Positions 1 through 9,932 of a stretch of 52,197 bases of DNA are shown in pieces. Source of the DNA: a virus (Duplodnaviria > Caudoviricetes); the IMG/VR virus record IMGVR_UViG_3300027779_000040, positions 1 through 52,197 of that record; one strand, 5' to 3'. Both the position numbers and the translations under genes were made by a program. Every line of letters begins with the position of its first letter. Position 1 is the first letter of the stretch. Under the pieces are notes generated by a model that made no database searches, had not been told where the DNA came from, and saw only the letters and a list, made by a program, of their open reading frames with translations.

Positions 1-199
1 TTGATGGTTTTTCTGGTTCTTCGTCAACAGCAGATTTAACAATAACAGGGCTCCCCTTTACAGTTAAGCATAATGCAGTTGGTGGTGATTGTATGTTAAA
101 ATGGATTTCTTGGAATAGCAAAGCTGGAAATGTCTCTCCGTATGTAAATACATCTGAAATCTTATATTTCTTTGAAACAGCTTCTGCATATGAATGGTC
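1..199. repeat. Terminal direct repeat, left copy (circular-assembly overlap)
   Basis: 1-199 matches 51999-52197 except at positions 39, 40, 50 and 73; 74-199 (126 bp) is identical. Confidence 0.97.
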
Positions 200-278
200 T
201 AAAGTATCTACGGCTGACCTTACTTCAGGCACAACAGATGACATATATTTTTCAATACAATACGAAACAGACCAATAA
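3..278 (+). CDS. 3' end of tail fibre gene beginning at 51107 (wraps across the junction)
   Basis: In frame with the 51107 ORF through the repeat; reads DGFSGSSSTADL.ITGLPF...IYFSIQYETDQ*, a typical phage fibre C-terminal domain. Confidence 0.88.
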   Translation, partial: DGFSGSSSTADLTITGLPFTVKHNAVGGDCMLKWISWNSKAGNVSPYVNTSEILYFFETASAYEWSKVSTADLTSGTTDDIYFSIQYETDQ

Positions 279-293
279 AGGAAGTACAAAATT

Positions 294-560
294 ATGGCAC
301 TTAAAAAAGAAACAATAATAGATAAAATTGAAGTTGTTGGTGACTTTAAGAAAATAGGAATAAGAGAAGCAACAGTTCTTTCCGAAGGTACTAATGCAAG
401 TGGCTGGACAGAGTTATCTCGTTCACTACATAGAAAAGTTTTAACTCCAGATGCAGATGTATCGGGTGAATCAACCGAAGTTCAAGATATAGCCAATCTA
501 GTTTGGACAGATGAATTAAAAGCATCTTGGGTTAGTTATGTTGAGAATTTAGAGACCTAG
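294..560 (+). CDS. Tail fibre-associated (assembly chaperone-like) protein
   Basis: MALKKETIIDKIEVVG...SRSLHRKVL.P..D.S.E..EVQ.IA..VWT pattern; directly follows the fibre gene; AAGGAAG RBS. Confidence 0.6.
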   Translation: MALKKETIIDKIEVVGDFKKIGIREATVLSEGTNASGWTELSRSLHRKVLTPDADVSGESTEVQDIANLVWTDELKASWVSYVENLET

Positions 561-567
561 AGGTGAG

Positions 568-888
568 ATGAGTGATAATCCCAAAACTGCTAGAAGTTAT
601 AGGGGGACTGTGGTTGATGACAATGCTATTGTTTCTATTAACCTTAAATGGTTGGGTCAGTTACTTGTGCTTACTGGTATGCTCGTTTATGGTTATTGGC
701 GTATTGAAAGTAGATTGGGAAACCTTGAGGAAGCGATGGTTACGGCTGATGTTAAAATCGGGGACCTCCTTGGTAAACACATCGTGGAAGAAACTCTACA
801 GAGAGAGCAATTAGAAGAGAAGGTAAACTTCTATGAGAAAGAATTCAACATTAATCCTCTTAGTTGGGGAAAGCGGAAAAAGAAATAA
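568..888 (+). CDS. Single-TM membrane protein with coiled coil (lysis-cassette candidate)
   Basis: Hydrophobic WLGQLLVLTGMLVYGYW then charged helix; GAGGTG RBS. Confidence 0.6.
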   Translation: MSDNPKTARSYRGTVVDDNAIVSINLKWLGQLLVLTGMLVYGYWRIESRLGNLEEAMVTADVKIGDLLGKHIVEETLQREQLEEKVNFYEKEFNINPLSWGKRKKK

Positions 889-1208
889 TGGACTTTATAG
901 CAGTTTACGGAGAAGCTGGGATGATAGGGGTTGTGGGAGCAATGTTTGTTTATCTAGTAGTTCAGATGTCGAACAAAGCTTCAAGTCAGCAAGAAACATT
1001 AGAAGCTTTAAAAATTGAGAACAAAGGTCAGAGTGAGACTCTTGAGAATATGGAAGGTATGATTATTAAATTAATTGGCAGATGGAATGCTAGTGATGAT
1101 AAATTAGACAGGAAATTTGATGCTCTGAATAAAGAAATTAACGATTTAGACAACCAAGTATCTGAAATACGTGGTAGCCTAAGCAGAATAAATGGGAAAA
1201 ATCATTAA
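888..1208 (+). CDS. Holin-like membrane protein with coiled coil
   Basis: Start reassigned to ATG 888 (TAATG overlap); N-terminal TM GMIGVVGAMFVYLVV then heptad-rich region. Confidence 0.6.
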   Translation: MDFIAVYGEAGMIGVVGAMFVYLVVQMSNKASSQQETLEALKIENKGQSETLENMEGMIIKLIGRWNASDDKLDRKFDALNKEINDLDNQVSEIRGSLSRINGKNH

Positions 1209-1209
1209 T

Positions 1210-1356
1210 ATGGATAGTCTAAAAGTTAGTGCAATCAGTACGAGTCTAGGAGCAATATATTACACCGAAGTTATTTCTGGGATATTAATGTGTATAATGT
1301 TTTTAGCACAGATTTATTACTTATATTTAAAAACCAAAAAGATAAAGGAGTCCTAA
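1210..1356 (+). CDS. Small holin-like membrane protein (48 aa, not in ORF track)
   Basis: MDSLKVSAISTSLGAIYYTEVISGILMCIMFLAQIYYLYLKTKKIKES; fills the gap exactly; TM plus basic tail. Confidence 0.6.
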   Translation: MDSLKVSAISTSLGAIYYTEVISGILMCIMFLAQIYYLYLKTKKIKES

Positions 1357-1357
1357 T

Positions 1358-1585
1358 ATGGACATTAAAGGAATGCTAGTTAAAATAGCTGAAGAACAAG
1401 CAGAGAAGATGCAGGACGAAGCTATGAAGCATTTAGCTTCTGACGATTTCTCTGATATGTTAGCAACTAAGATGAATGAGAAAATTAATATTCCATTTGT
1501 CAAGGAAGAGAAAGAGCAGAAATTCTTTGAAGAGATGATGGATATTGTTACGGATTTATTGTCTGGCGTATTTAAGGGTAAGTGA
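1358..1585 (+). CDS. Hypothetical protein
   Basis: AAGGAG RBS; tightly packed in operon. Confidence 0.75.
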   Translation: MDIKGMLVKIAEEQAEKMQDEAMKHLASDDFSDMLATKMNEKINIPFVKEEKEQKFFEEMMDIVTDLLSGVFKGK

Positions 1586-1861
1586 GTGGAACTATTGTCA
1601 ATAATAGACAAATTCAATATCAGAGGAACAAAATTCTGGCATGCTAAACCTGACAAATGTCCATACTGTGGGACAGAAAGTATCTCTGGTGTAGAGATTC
1701 TTGCGGCTTACAATGGGGACTTGTTTTGGGAGTGCAATGAATGCCATGAATTTCTTCTCCGATTCACAAAAAGAACAACAGAGAAGCATCTTCAAAAGAC
1801 AGAAGGGCTCTATGTTGACCTTGATAAGTGGGAGGAATTTTGGGAGCAACAACCAAATTAG
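1586..1861 (+). CDS. Zinc-ribbon protein
   Basis: CPYC...WECNEC. Confidence 0.65.
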   Translation: MELLSIIDKFNIRGTKFWHAKPDKCPYCGTESISGVEILAAYNGDLFWECNECHEFLLRFTKRTTEKHLQKTEGLYVDLDKWEEFWEQQPN

Positions 1862-2628
1862 ATAAAGGGGTAGTTAAGAGAGGAATAGTGACCCCAGATA
1901 AGCATTTTCCTCTGCATGATAGTAAGGCTATCAGCTGTTTGATACAAAGTATTGAGATTGTGAAGCCTGATTTTTACATAGACCTTGGTGACGTAGGCGA
2001 GTTTAAATCAGTTTCTCACTGGCAATGGAAGAAAAAGAAGAGACCACCACTTGAGTATCAGTTACCTTGGGTACATAAAGATGTGAAAGATGTAAATAAG
2101 GGGATGGATACAATAGATGAGGCTCTTGATAAGGTAAATTGCAAAGAGAAATACTTCATAGAAGGCAATCACGATGATTGGTTAAACCGATTTGTTGATG
2201 AGAACCCTTATTTAGATAATTTAAGGTTTCCAGACGCAATGAAGCTTAAGGAACGTGGTTATAAGTATTACCCTAACGGGAAGTTTTTAAAGATAGGGAA
2301 ATTAAATTATTACCATGGAAATCATTATGCTGGAATTATGCACACGAGAAATCATCTTCTAAGATTAGGAGCAAATGTGATGTACGGTCATCACCATGAT
2401 TTACAACAGGCAACTGTAACGCACCTTGAAGGGTGTAAGAGTGCTTGGAGCATAGGATGTTTAAAAAACATGAGCGATGAATCAAACAAATGGCTTGGAA
2501 ATAGAAGTCATAATTGGGCGCATGCATTTGCGGTAGTAGACTACTACAGAGGTGGATTTTTTACTGTACATGTTGTTCAAATAATAAACGGGCGAACCTC
2601 CTTGTGGGGCGAGCTAATAACAGGATAA
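1828..2628 (+). CDS. Calcineurin-like metallophosphoesterase
   Basis: Motifs DKH, DLGD, EGNHD, HG, GHHH in canonical order; true start may be TTG 1840. Confidence 0.9.
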   Translation: MGGILGATTKLDKGVVKRGIVTPDKHFPLHDSKAISCLIQSIEIVKPDFYIDLGDVGEFKSVSHWQWKKKKRPPLEYQLPWVHKDVKDVNKGMDTIDEALDKVNCKEKYFIEGNHDDWLNRFVDENPYLDNLRFPDAMKLKERGYKYYPNGKFLKIGKLNYYHGNHYAGIMHTRNHLLRLGANVMYGHHHDLQQATVTHLEGCKSAWSIGCLKNMSDESNKWLGNRSHNWAHAFAVVDYYRGGFFTVHVVQIINGRTSLWGELITG

Positions 2629-2638
2629 GGAGAATACA

Positions 2639-3145
2639 ATGGGATTCTTTCAAAACATGTTGCAGGGTGCAAGAACTGGTATGGACAGAATGAGGATTGG
2701 TGGTGACGAACAATTCCAATCTGCACCTGAACCCGGTCAGTACTCTGGTTCACAACAAATAGACGCAATGCAAAAAGCCATAGGCTCTAAGGGAATTGGA
2801 GACGAAGGTGGTTTTAACAGGGCTTCTAATGACGAGGTAATGAACCTTCAAAGAGGACTTAAGGAAAAGGGACTCTATAAAGGTGAGCTTGATGGGATAT
2901 TTGGTCCCAAATCATTATCGGCTTTAAGACGTTTCCAGTCTGCTCGAGGAGAAACTTCTCCAGAGTATGACCAACAGATGGACCAAAGCACTCAGAGACC
3001 AATGGGTCAACAAGTAGCTCAAGCGGCTGACTTAGATAATAGCGGTGACTTAGGATGGGGTGACGTTTCAGAGGGATTTGGACGTATGGGAAGTTATCTC
3101 AAAGATAAGGGTTCACAATTTATGGATTATCAAAGGGGCGGTTAG
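2639..3145 (+). CDS. Peptidoglycan-binding domain protein
   Basis: DEVMNLQRGLKEKGLYKGELDGIFGPKSLSALRRFQ is the PG_binding_1 signature; AAGGAG RBS. Confidence 0.85.
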   Translation: MGFFQNMLQGARTGMDRMRIGGDEQFQSAPEPGQYSGSQQIDAMQKAIGSKGIGDEGGFNRASNDEVMNLQRGLKEKGLYKGELDGIFGPKSLSALRRFQSARGETSPEYDQQMDQSTQRPMGQQVAQAADLDNSGDLGWGDVSEGFGRMGSYLKDKGSQFMDYQRGG

Positions 3146-3154
3146 GAGTAGACT

Positions 3155-4825
3155 ATGCCCAGAGAGCTCTATGAAATAAAGTTATTTCAGCACGGGACAA
3201 TGACAACTCCCGATAGTGCAGATATACCTAAAGATGCCGCATCGTTTAGTATGAATTTACGAGCTGATGCGTCTGATGGAAGATTACAGGGTATCCAAAA
3301 TGATAAATTTATTATATCATCTTATACTCAATCTGAGCAGACATTCGTTGAATGTGCGGCATCTAATAAAGTAATAGAGCTTCTCCCTAGTGGTTTTGAC
3401 ATGGTTGAAAATCAGGATGTATTGAGTGGAACAACATCTGCTAATTGCAGTCTTTCAATGTTTAGTCAACCCGGTAGTGATGTTGTATGGACTATTCGTT
3501 CTAGCACAACCACAACTGACGAAGCAGAAACGGGCATAAATGTTAGTGCATCTACATTAACCTTTACTAACTCTAATTATGCTACGGCTCAGAACATTAC
3601 TTTTACAGCTGGTAATGCTTATTTCAAAAACACGGGTAGAATAAAAAGAACTATAACTTTTACAGCGGCTTCTACAGATGTGAATTGGGATGATAAGGTT
3701 ATAACTTATGATGTTTTTCATAGTTCTATAGAACCCACTGGATTCGATATTAAATTTGTCGATATGATAGTTGACGAAGCTGATGCAACTAATACTGGCA
3801 GTATACAGATTAGATTAAGGAGCAGACCCACTTCTAATGTAAGTATAGAAGCAGGTATTCCCGATTACGAAGAAGAGAATGGGTGGAATTGGTCTGCTCG
3901 AACAGCATCTTGGACAAATACAACAACCACTACCCATGCTGATTATTGGAATCAATGGAAAACGATATCATTCAATGCAGTTGCTGATAGTAATTGGCAC
4001 GGTTCTCAAGCCATAGATGGACATCTTCGATTGGTGGCGGCTTCACCTGATGGTAGCTTTGCAGGAACTAACTGGAATAATATATTTTATAGCGGTCAAG
4101 CACAGACAGACGCTGTAATGAATCATACTTATGAATTGGGAGAAGAATTATTAGTAAATATAGGGATATCTATTCATCAAGACCCTTCTGACGAACCAGC
4201 CGGCGGTGGTGATGATGATGATACACCCGGTGGTCCCGGAAGTTGTTTTGAAGGGTGGACAAAAGTTTCAACCCCAGATGGTGATGTGCCCATACATGAT
4301 TTAGAAGAAGGACAAGAAGTATATTCTTGGGATACTAAGAAAGGGAAAATGGTTACTAACAAGGTAGGTAAACTTTTATCACACCTTGACTTGAAAGACG
4401 GATATGAAGTTTATAAGGTGACTTTTAATGATGGTGATTTTATTCTTGCAACAGCAAGTCATATGTATTGGAACGAAGAACATGCTCGTTATTTTCAGAT
4501 AGAGAACTTTAATGAAGGGGATAGATTGAGAACGGACGTTGGGTTTTTTAAAACCATCAAGTCTAATGTTTTATGGAAAAAAGACCTTACTCAGGTATAT
4601 AACTTTCACACAGAAAAGTTTCCGCATAATTATTTTGCCAATAGTGTTTTAGTCCACAATGGAGGAGGTGAAGAAGTAGTAAATAATTTATTCTTCATGC
4701 TTAAGAGAGTGGGTTTGGTGGGTAACTTTTCTCCTATCAGAATGATACATAATCCCGGTGGAGGTGGTAAAAGACCTAAACCAGATAATCCCACACAGAG
4801 TGGTGGGACCACAAGTGGGGCATAA
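3155..4825 (+). CDS. Tail-associated protein with beta-rich (Ig/Calx-like) region and C-terminal Hint domain
   Basis: N-terminus resembles the start of podovirus nozzle proteins; LTFTNSNYATAQNIT-type strands; Hint C364(CF)...TASH...VYNF...HNYFAN..LVHN502. Confidence 0.8.
   Translation: MPRELYEIKLFQHGTMTTPDSADIPKDAASFSMNLRADASDGRLQGIQNDKFIISSYTQSEQTFVECAASNKVIELLPSGFDMVENQDVLSGTTSANCSLSMFSQPGSDVVWTIRSSTTTTDEAETGINVSASTLTFTNSNYATAQNITFTAGNAYFKNTGRIKRTITFTAASTDVNWDDKVITYDVFHSSIEPTGFDIKFVDMIVDEADATNTGSIQIRLRSRPTSNVSIEAGIPDYEEENGWNWSARTASWTNTTTTTHADYWNQWKTISFNAVADSNWHGSQAIDGHLRLVAASPDGSFAGTNWNNIFYSGQAQTDAVMNHTYELGEELLVNIGISIHQDPSDEPAGGGDDDDTPGGPGSCFEGWTKVSTPDGDVPIHDLEEGQEVYSWDTKKGKMVTNKVGKLLSHLDLKDGYEVYKVTFNDGDFILATASHMYWNEEHARYFQIENFNEGDRLRTDVGFFKTIKSNVLWKKDLTQVYNFHTEKFPHNYFANSVLVHNGGGEEVVNNLFFMLKRVGLVGNFSPIRMIHNPGGGGKRPKPDNPTQSGGTTSGA
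4244..4660 (+). other. Hint (intein-like/BIL-type) auto-processing domain, 139 aa
   Basis: Block A CFEGWTKV, block B TASH, blocks F/G VYNF...LVHN; +1 residue is Gly; no endonuclease domain. Confidence 0.88.
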
Positions 4826-7800
4826 TGGCTGTACCACAAGTTAACCAATTAGCCGCAAGTTTAGGCAACTTTGTTTCTGCTGATTTACAAACGTCTACAC
4901 CCGGAATCGGGATTAGTGGGGACGTTGATTTTTCTAGTAACACAGAAGTACTACTAAGATTTACCAGTGTTTCGACAACTACAAATAAGGTTCAATTAAA
5001 GACACTGAATTCAAATTGGACAGCAGAAAAAACTCTCGCAAAAGGTGTCGATACAACAGTATCATTTCACGGCTTAAGACTAAGGGTAGATAATTCAGAT
5101 AGTAAATATCAAGTAGGGGATATAATAAAGGTAAATTATGTTTATAACGATAAATCTTATTCTCATATGGACTGCATCCAGCGAGCAGATAATTATGATA
5201 TTTACGCATACAGCTCTACTGGCGATGGGTCAGTATATTATTATGCAAATGCAAATACAGCAGGAGGGGTAGTAAAGAAGTTAGGTAGAGCGACATCTCG
5301 GACTGGTCAAGTAGTAACAGATACTCATGGACAGCAAATGTATTGGGGTTTTGGTCCAGACCCTGCTTCACCACCTATGTGGTCAGGATATCCACAACAT
5401 GTTCAGTTTAATAAAGAGAATACTGGTGAAGTGGCTTGGGAAAATGGTGAAGTAGATTTATTAGGAGCCTATGATTCCTTACATGATATGTGTGTTATAA
5501 GACATTATGACCACTATGGTGGTAGCAATACTACTGCAACTTTAGGTGCTGGGCAAACTAACCATTGGGGATTTGGTATAGAGCGAGATAAAAAAGTTAT
5601 ACATATTTTCTATTATAGAAATATCAGGCAGTCGGCTGACTATACTACTGTAGCTGAAAGACCGGGTAATTGGATACTTATTAAAACTATAAATGGAGCA
5701 TCATCTGGTTTAAAATCTTCTCAGTCAATTACTACAGATGGTAGAAGTATTTTTATACTTGATATGGTTGGGAATGGGCTGATAAAGATTTTTACACCAA
5801 CCTTTACACCGAGTACATCTGGTTCTACACAAGGAAATCCTTGGAGTAGTAGTGGTGGTGTAAAACAATCTGCTTTCACGAGTCTTGTCTCTACGCAAGA
5901 TTTTTCTCTTGAAGCTCCTGAGTCACATGTTAGTTTAATAGGTTGCTATTGGTCTAGTATCCGTATTAATTCTTGGCATGACCCTGTTAATACTAGGACA
6001 GCCACTAATGCAAATAATCAGACTAAATCGTCAACTTCTACATATACCACTAATGGAATCTTCCTTGATGACGTATACTACGATGATAAGATTTGGATTT
6101 CTAAACACAGAGACATGGAACTTAATAGGTTTGTTTGTACAGAAAGTACAATAGACCAATCATTAATATTTTTAGGTGGGTTATCAAATATTTACTCTAC
6201 TAATGTAGCCATAGACACTGATGCTGGTAGCGTTAAACTACTTTCATATATGCCTAATCTTGGTAATCAGTCTTCTTATAAACTTCATGCGAGCTATGAC
6301 TCCTTAAATACTCAAATACAAAATGAAGTAGACTTCTTTAATAATCAAGGTAAGGTTGGGGTTTTAGAATCTTACGAACAACCATTTGTAAATGTTAATA
6401 AGAGTGGTGTAATGGGATTTGTAATGACTACTGGACTCTGGGAACAAGATAGCAGTTCTGAAGAGTTTCCCAATGCCGCGTTAGGAGGGACTAACGATAA
6501 ACTTGGTGCATTAAACATGAGGAGATGGGAAGATGGAACATCTGGTACTACTGGACAGGACACGTTTAACTTGGGTGGTACATTCGATGGAATAGACCCT
6601 TCTCCTAATATTGCAGATTCTTTTCATACAGCGCAAAATCCTTGTGTGCCTAGTTTTGCTAAAGGCATGATGGGAAGAGAGTATAATGGATTTGGAGATG
6701 AATATGATACAGACGATGACTCTGGGGGAAGCTCTACTTCAAAAGTATATTATTTTTATGGTGATGGTCTGGTAGATAATTCTCACAATAAAACATTAGG
6801 TGGTAATCATGCTGTATCATGGGGGAACCATTCTGGTAGCACAATAGAGAATCCATTTCCAGATGGTATAAGAGTAGATGGTAGATTTGGTAACGGACCG
6901 GGTTATGATAACTCTAGTCACCAGAGTACTCACTGGTCATTTGTTATGAAAAACCCTCAAACTCAGTTATATGTTGTTCATTCGCATAGAATAAATACGG
7001 GTAATGCGGCTGGTGCTGTAGCACAACAGGTAACATTTTGCAAAGAAACGAACCTTTGTCCTTCTGGGGAATTTGGTCAAAAGACTTTACAGTTTCCTAT
7101 ATTGGAACCATATGTAAAATGGCACGAAGCTGGTGAAAGTATAGTAGCATATCAATCTGGATTTGTAAGTGCACGTTTAGTTGATATGGACCCTGAAAGT
7201 GCTTCAGGAGCACAACATTTATTTGTTAGTTATACCAAGGATAACCAGAGTCAAATATTAAGAAGTGTTGACTTACAGAACGTTGACTTTTTAAACCCAC
7301 TTGATAGAAGTATTTTTACTGCTGGTTATGGTAAAGTACGAATGGCTAACCATACTAATACCACTAAAGCGAATGTTAATGAACCTCTTCTTTTTTCTAC
7401 TGGTGCAGGAGACGATATAATAAGGGGAAAAGGTACAGATATAGGTGGAGGAGCTAAAAACTCTGGTGGGAGCCCCACAAACTATTATGCGCCAAAAGAT
7501 TATATTTTAGGTAGTAGAACAACTGGTTTTACTCAAGGAGCAATGGAAGAAGAATCTTCTAATTTTTCAATACCTGAAGAAGCTGGCACAGGGCTTTACA
7601 ATGGAGGGATGTTTTTATTTGAAGTAAAAGACGGGCACCCTTCTCCTTCGGACAATCATATGTATCCTGCTCAGAATGAGGCATCTAACAAACCTGTAAC
7701 ATCAGGTGAGGGCGTGGCTGGGGCGGATGCCGCTGTAGTATCGGATTATAGCAGAAGTTGGTTTTTAAACCTACAGTGTCTTGCTTATGACTCATCCAGT

Positions 7801-9507
7801 GGGTCAAGTGCCCCATATAAAATATTTGATAGCCTTCCCGGTACTATAGCATTTTGGGATATAACCCTTGGTACACCTGCTTATTCTACTGTTGCCGCAA
7901 AGCAAAGAGTAAAACGATGGTCTCTTGAAAATGGTAGTGGTGATGATGGTATTACTTCAACGTATGAGTCTCTTCAGTTACTTTCTCCCAATAAGGGGGA
8001 GTTAAATATTATGGGAATGACACCTGCTAATTATTCAATTCCAATTTTAACAACAACTAAAGAAGCATCTTATCAGTTAACATCAGAAGTTTCAGAGGAC
8101 GCAGACTACGAATGGGAAAAGGGAGAGAAATTATGGTATAGAATATCTTTTTTATACGATGGATTCCAAGAAAGTCCATTATCATCTGTGATGACAACTG
8201 TAACCCAACCTGCCGCTACTACAACTCTTCCTTGGAGAGCAAAAATAACTTTAAAATTACATAAGAATGCCACAGATGTAATGAATAGGCGTATAAGTCA
8301 TGTTCAGTTATATAGGTCAATGGGTGCCGAATCAGATATAGATGCCCCAGAATTTTATAGATTAGTGAAATCTGTACCATTAGTGTCATCTGACTGGACT
8401 TTTACTGACCCAGATTGGACTAAGGTAATATACGATAAGAAAGATATGTTTGCTTCTTATGAAGAGCTGACAGGAATGCCAGAGACGTTACAGGACACTC
8501 AGATACATTATGGAGTATCGGCTAATCAGAGTGGTTTTCTTTTCATAACTGATTGTTGGCACAAGGAAAGTGGAAAACTACCCAACTATATTTTTAGGTC
8601 AAAGCCGGGTAAATTTAATATATTTGACTGGTCTTCTGACTATGCTGTTCTTCCAGAGAGACCCGTTGCACTTGCTGGCTTTGCAGGTAAGATATGGGCT
8701 TGGTCTAAGAGTTCTATGTACAGGATTAACCCATCTAACCTTGTTATCGAAGATATATTTGAAGGCATAGGATGTTCTAATGAGAGTTCAGTTGTAGTGA
8801 CTGATTATGGAATGTTTTGGGCGGACGAGAATATGATTTTTAAACATGACGGTTCTAAGACTATAAATATTGGTACACCTATTATTGCTGGTGACCCAGA
8901 TTGGTCTTGGAGAGCTAAGAGAAAAAGCTATCCATCAAAACTTGTTTTTGATTTTGCTAACAAACAGTTGTTATGTATCTTTAAGCCAAATTCAAATCTA
9001 AATACACATGGGTCCTACGCTTGGGCTTATCATGTGGATAGAAATAGGTGGGACTTATACGATTTTAAACAGTCATTGAATGGGGTATCTCTAGATGTGG
9101 ACGTACTTGCCCTTGATAATGCTGATGATGGAAGTGTCATTTTTTCTACTCAGGGGAATGGTGTACAAAAGTTTAGAGGTGGTTCGTCTAGAAGAATGTG
9201 GCAATTTCTTTCAAAGTCTATCACTTGCGATACACCAACTCTAAAGAAAGTCTTCTATAAATTAAGGGTAAACATAAAAGAAGGTACTGTCAGCAGGATA
9301 TACCAATTTGATAATAATGCTCAAAGTTCTTTAGCAATTTTAACTTCAGCAGATACTCACAACCCTTTGAAAGAGAAATTCATAGTAGGTGGTAATAATG
9401 ACCCCAACAGAAAAGCAACAAATTTAACTTTTAAATTAATAGGTGCAGTTGGAGCTGTAGTTGATTCAGTGGGCACAATATTTAGAAGACAAGGGATGCC
9501 TAAGTAA
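4825..9507 (+). CDS. Large tail nozzle/stabilisation-like protein (P22 gp10-like C-terminal part)
   Basis: 1560 aa, beta-rich; C-terminal ALAGFAGKIWAWSKSSMYRI...GIGCSNESSVVVTDYGMFWAD..IFKHDG...IGTPI pattern; lies upstream of ejection genes. Confidence 0.72.
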   Translation: MAVPQVNQLAASLGNFVSADLQTSTPGIGISGDVDFSSNTEVLLRFTSVSTTTNKVQLKTLNSNWTAEKTLAKGVDTTVSFHGLRLRVDNSDSKYQVGDIIKVNYVYNDKSYSHMDCIQRADNYDIYAYSSTGDGSVYYYANANTAGGVVKKLGRATSRTGQVVTDTHGQQMYWGFGPDPASPPMWSGYPQHVQFNKENTGEVAWENGEVDLLGAYDSLHDMCVIRHYDHYGGSNTTATLGAGQTNHWGFGIERDKKVIHIFYYRNIRQSADYTTVAERPGNWILIKTINGASSGLKSSQSITTDGRSIFILDMVGNGLIKIFTPTFTPSTSGSTQGNPWSSSGGVKQSAFTSLVSTQDFSLEAPESHVSLIGCYWSSIRINSWHDPVNTRTATNANNQTKSSTSTYTTNGIFLDDVYYDDKIWISKHRDMELNRFVCTESTIDQSLIFLGGLSNIYSTNVAIDTDAGSVKLLSYMPNLGNQSSYKLHASYDSLNTQIQNEVDFFNNQGKVGVLESYEQPFVNVNKSGVMGFVMTTGLWEQDSSSEEFPNAALGGTNDKLGALNMRRWEDGTSGTTGQDTFNLGGTFDGIDPSPNIADSFHTAQNPCVPSFAKGMMGREYNGFGDEYDTDDDSGGSSTSKVYYFYGDGLVDNSHNKTLGGNHAVSWGNHSGSTIENPFPDGIRVDGRFGNGPGYDNSSHQSTHWSFVMKNPQTQLYVVHSHRINTGNAAGAVAQQVTFCKETNLCPSGEFGQKTLQFPILEPYVKWHEAGESIVAYQSGFVSARLVDMDPESASGAQHLFVSYTKDNQSQILRSVDLQNVDFLNPLDRSIFTAGYGKVRMANHTNTTKANVNEPLLFSTGAGDDIIRGKGTDIGGGAKNSGGSPTNYYAPKDYILGSRTTGFTQGAMEEESSNFSIPEEAGTGLYNGGMFLFEVKDGHPSPSDNHMYPAQNEASNKPVTSGEGVAGADAAVVSDYSRSWFLNLQCLAYDSSSGSSAPYKIFDSLPGTIAFWDITLGTPAYSTVAAKQRVKRWSLENGSGDDGITSTYESLQLLSPNKGELNIMGMTPANYSIPILTTTKEASYQLTSEVSEDADYEWEKGEKLWYRISFLYDGFQESPLSSVMTTVTQPAATTTLPWRAKITLKLHKNATDVMNRRISHVQLYRSMGAESDIDAPEFYRLVKSVPLVSSDWTFTDPDWTKVIYDKKDMFASYEELTGMPETLQDTQIHYGVSANQSGFLFITDCWHKESGKLPNYIFRSKPGKFNIFDWSSDYAVLPERPVALAGFAGKIWAWSKSSMYRINPSNLVIEDIFEGIGCSNESSVVVTDYGMFWADENMIFKHDGSKTINIGTPIIAGDPDWSWRAKRKSYPSKLVFDFANKQLLCIFKPNSNLNTHGSYAWAYHVDRNRWDLYDFKQSLNGVSLDVDVLALDNADDGSVIFSTQGNGVQKFRGGSSRRMWQFLSKSITCDTPTLKKVFYKLRVNIKEGTVSRIYQFDNNAQSSLAILTSADTHNPLKEKFIVGGNNDPNRKATNLTFKLIGAVGAVVDSVGTIFRRQGMPK

Positions 9508-9923
9508 TGGGTAGAGAACAAAAAGATTTCATTTCAAAATTAATTCCACCAAGACTGGAAGAAGAGTCTCCATTAACACGAGCTTTAAGTGATATCTACG
9601 AAATATTAAATAAGTTAGTTGACCATGTTAATGAGACTAAAGGTGGAAGTGCCATAAAATCTATGGATGAGAGTGCTCTACCGGGTACTGTTAGAGTCAG
9701 GAAGAAAGGTCCTAATAAGTATAATATTTATATTAAGGGTCCAGACGGATGGTTAGAGTCTTTAAATGAGTATCCAGAGGGCAAGCATTATCTTTGGACT
9801 AATAGTGGTACAGTGCTAAGTAATGATTATATAAAGATAGTAAGAGTCGGCGTAGCTGGGTCACAGATACCCGAGAGTGAAGTCTTTAATGGTTGGCGAT
9901 TAATTAAGAAAAAAGATAAATAG
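9507..9923 (+). CDS. Hypothetical (probable virion) protein
   Basis: TAATG-coupled to the nozzle-like gene. Confidence 0.7.
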   Translation: MGREQKDFISKLIPPRLEEESPLTRALSDIYEILNKLVDHVNETKGGSAIKSMDESALPGTVRVRKKGPNKYNIYIKGPDGWLESLNEYPEGKHYLWTNSGTVLSNDYIKIVRVGVAGSQIPESEVFNGWRLIKKKDK

Positions 9924-9932
9924 GAGTAAATT

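Noticed and set aside
1-199. Diversity-generating retroelement TR/VR pair suggested by the mismatched repeat in a fibre C-terminus
   Set aside because: Mismatches are not adenine-specific in either direction (one is G/T), no reverse transcriptase gene is present, and the copies sit exactly at the contig ends
4244-4660. Mobile splicing intein
   Set aside because: No homing endonuclease, +1 residue is Gly, and it is not inserted in a conserved enzyme motif
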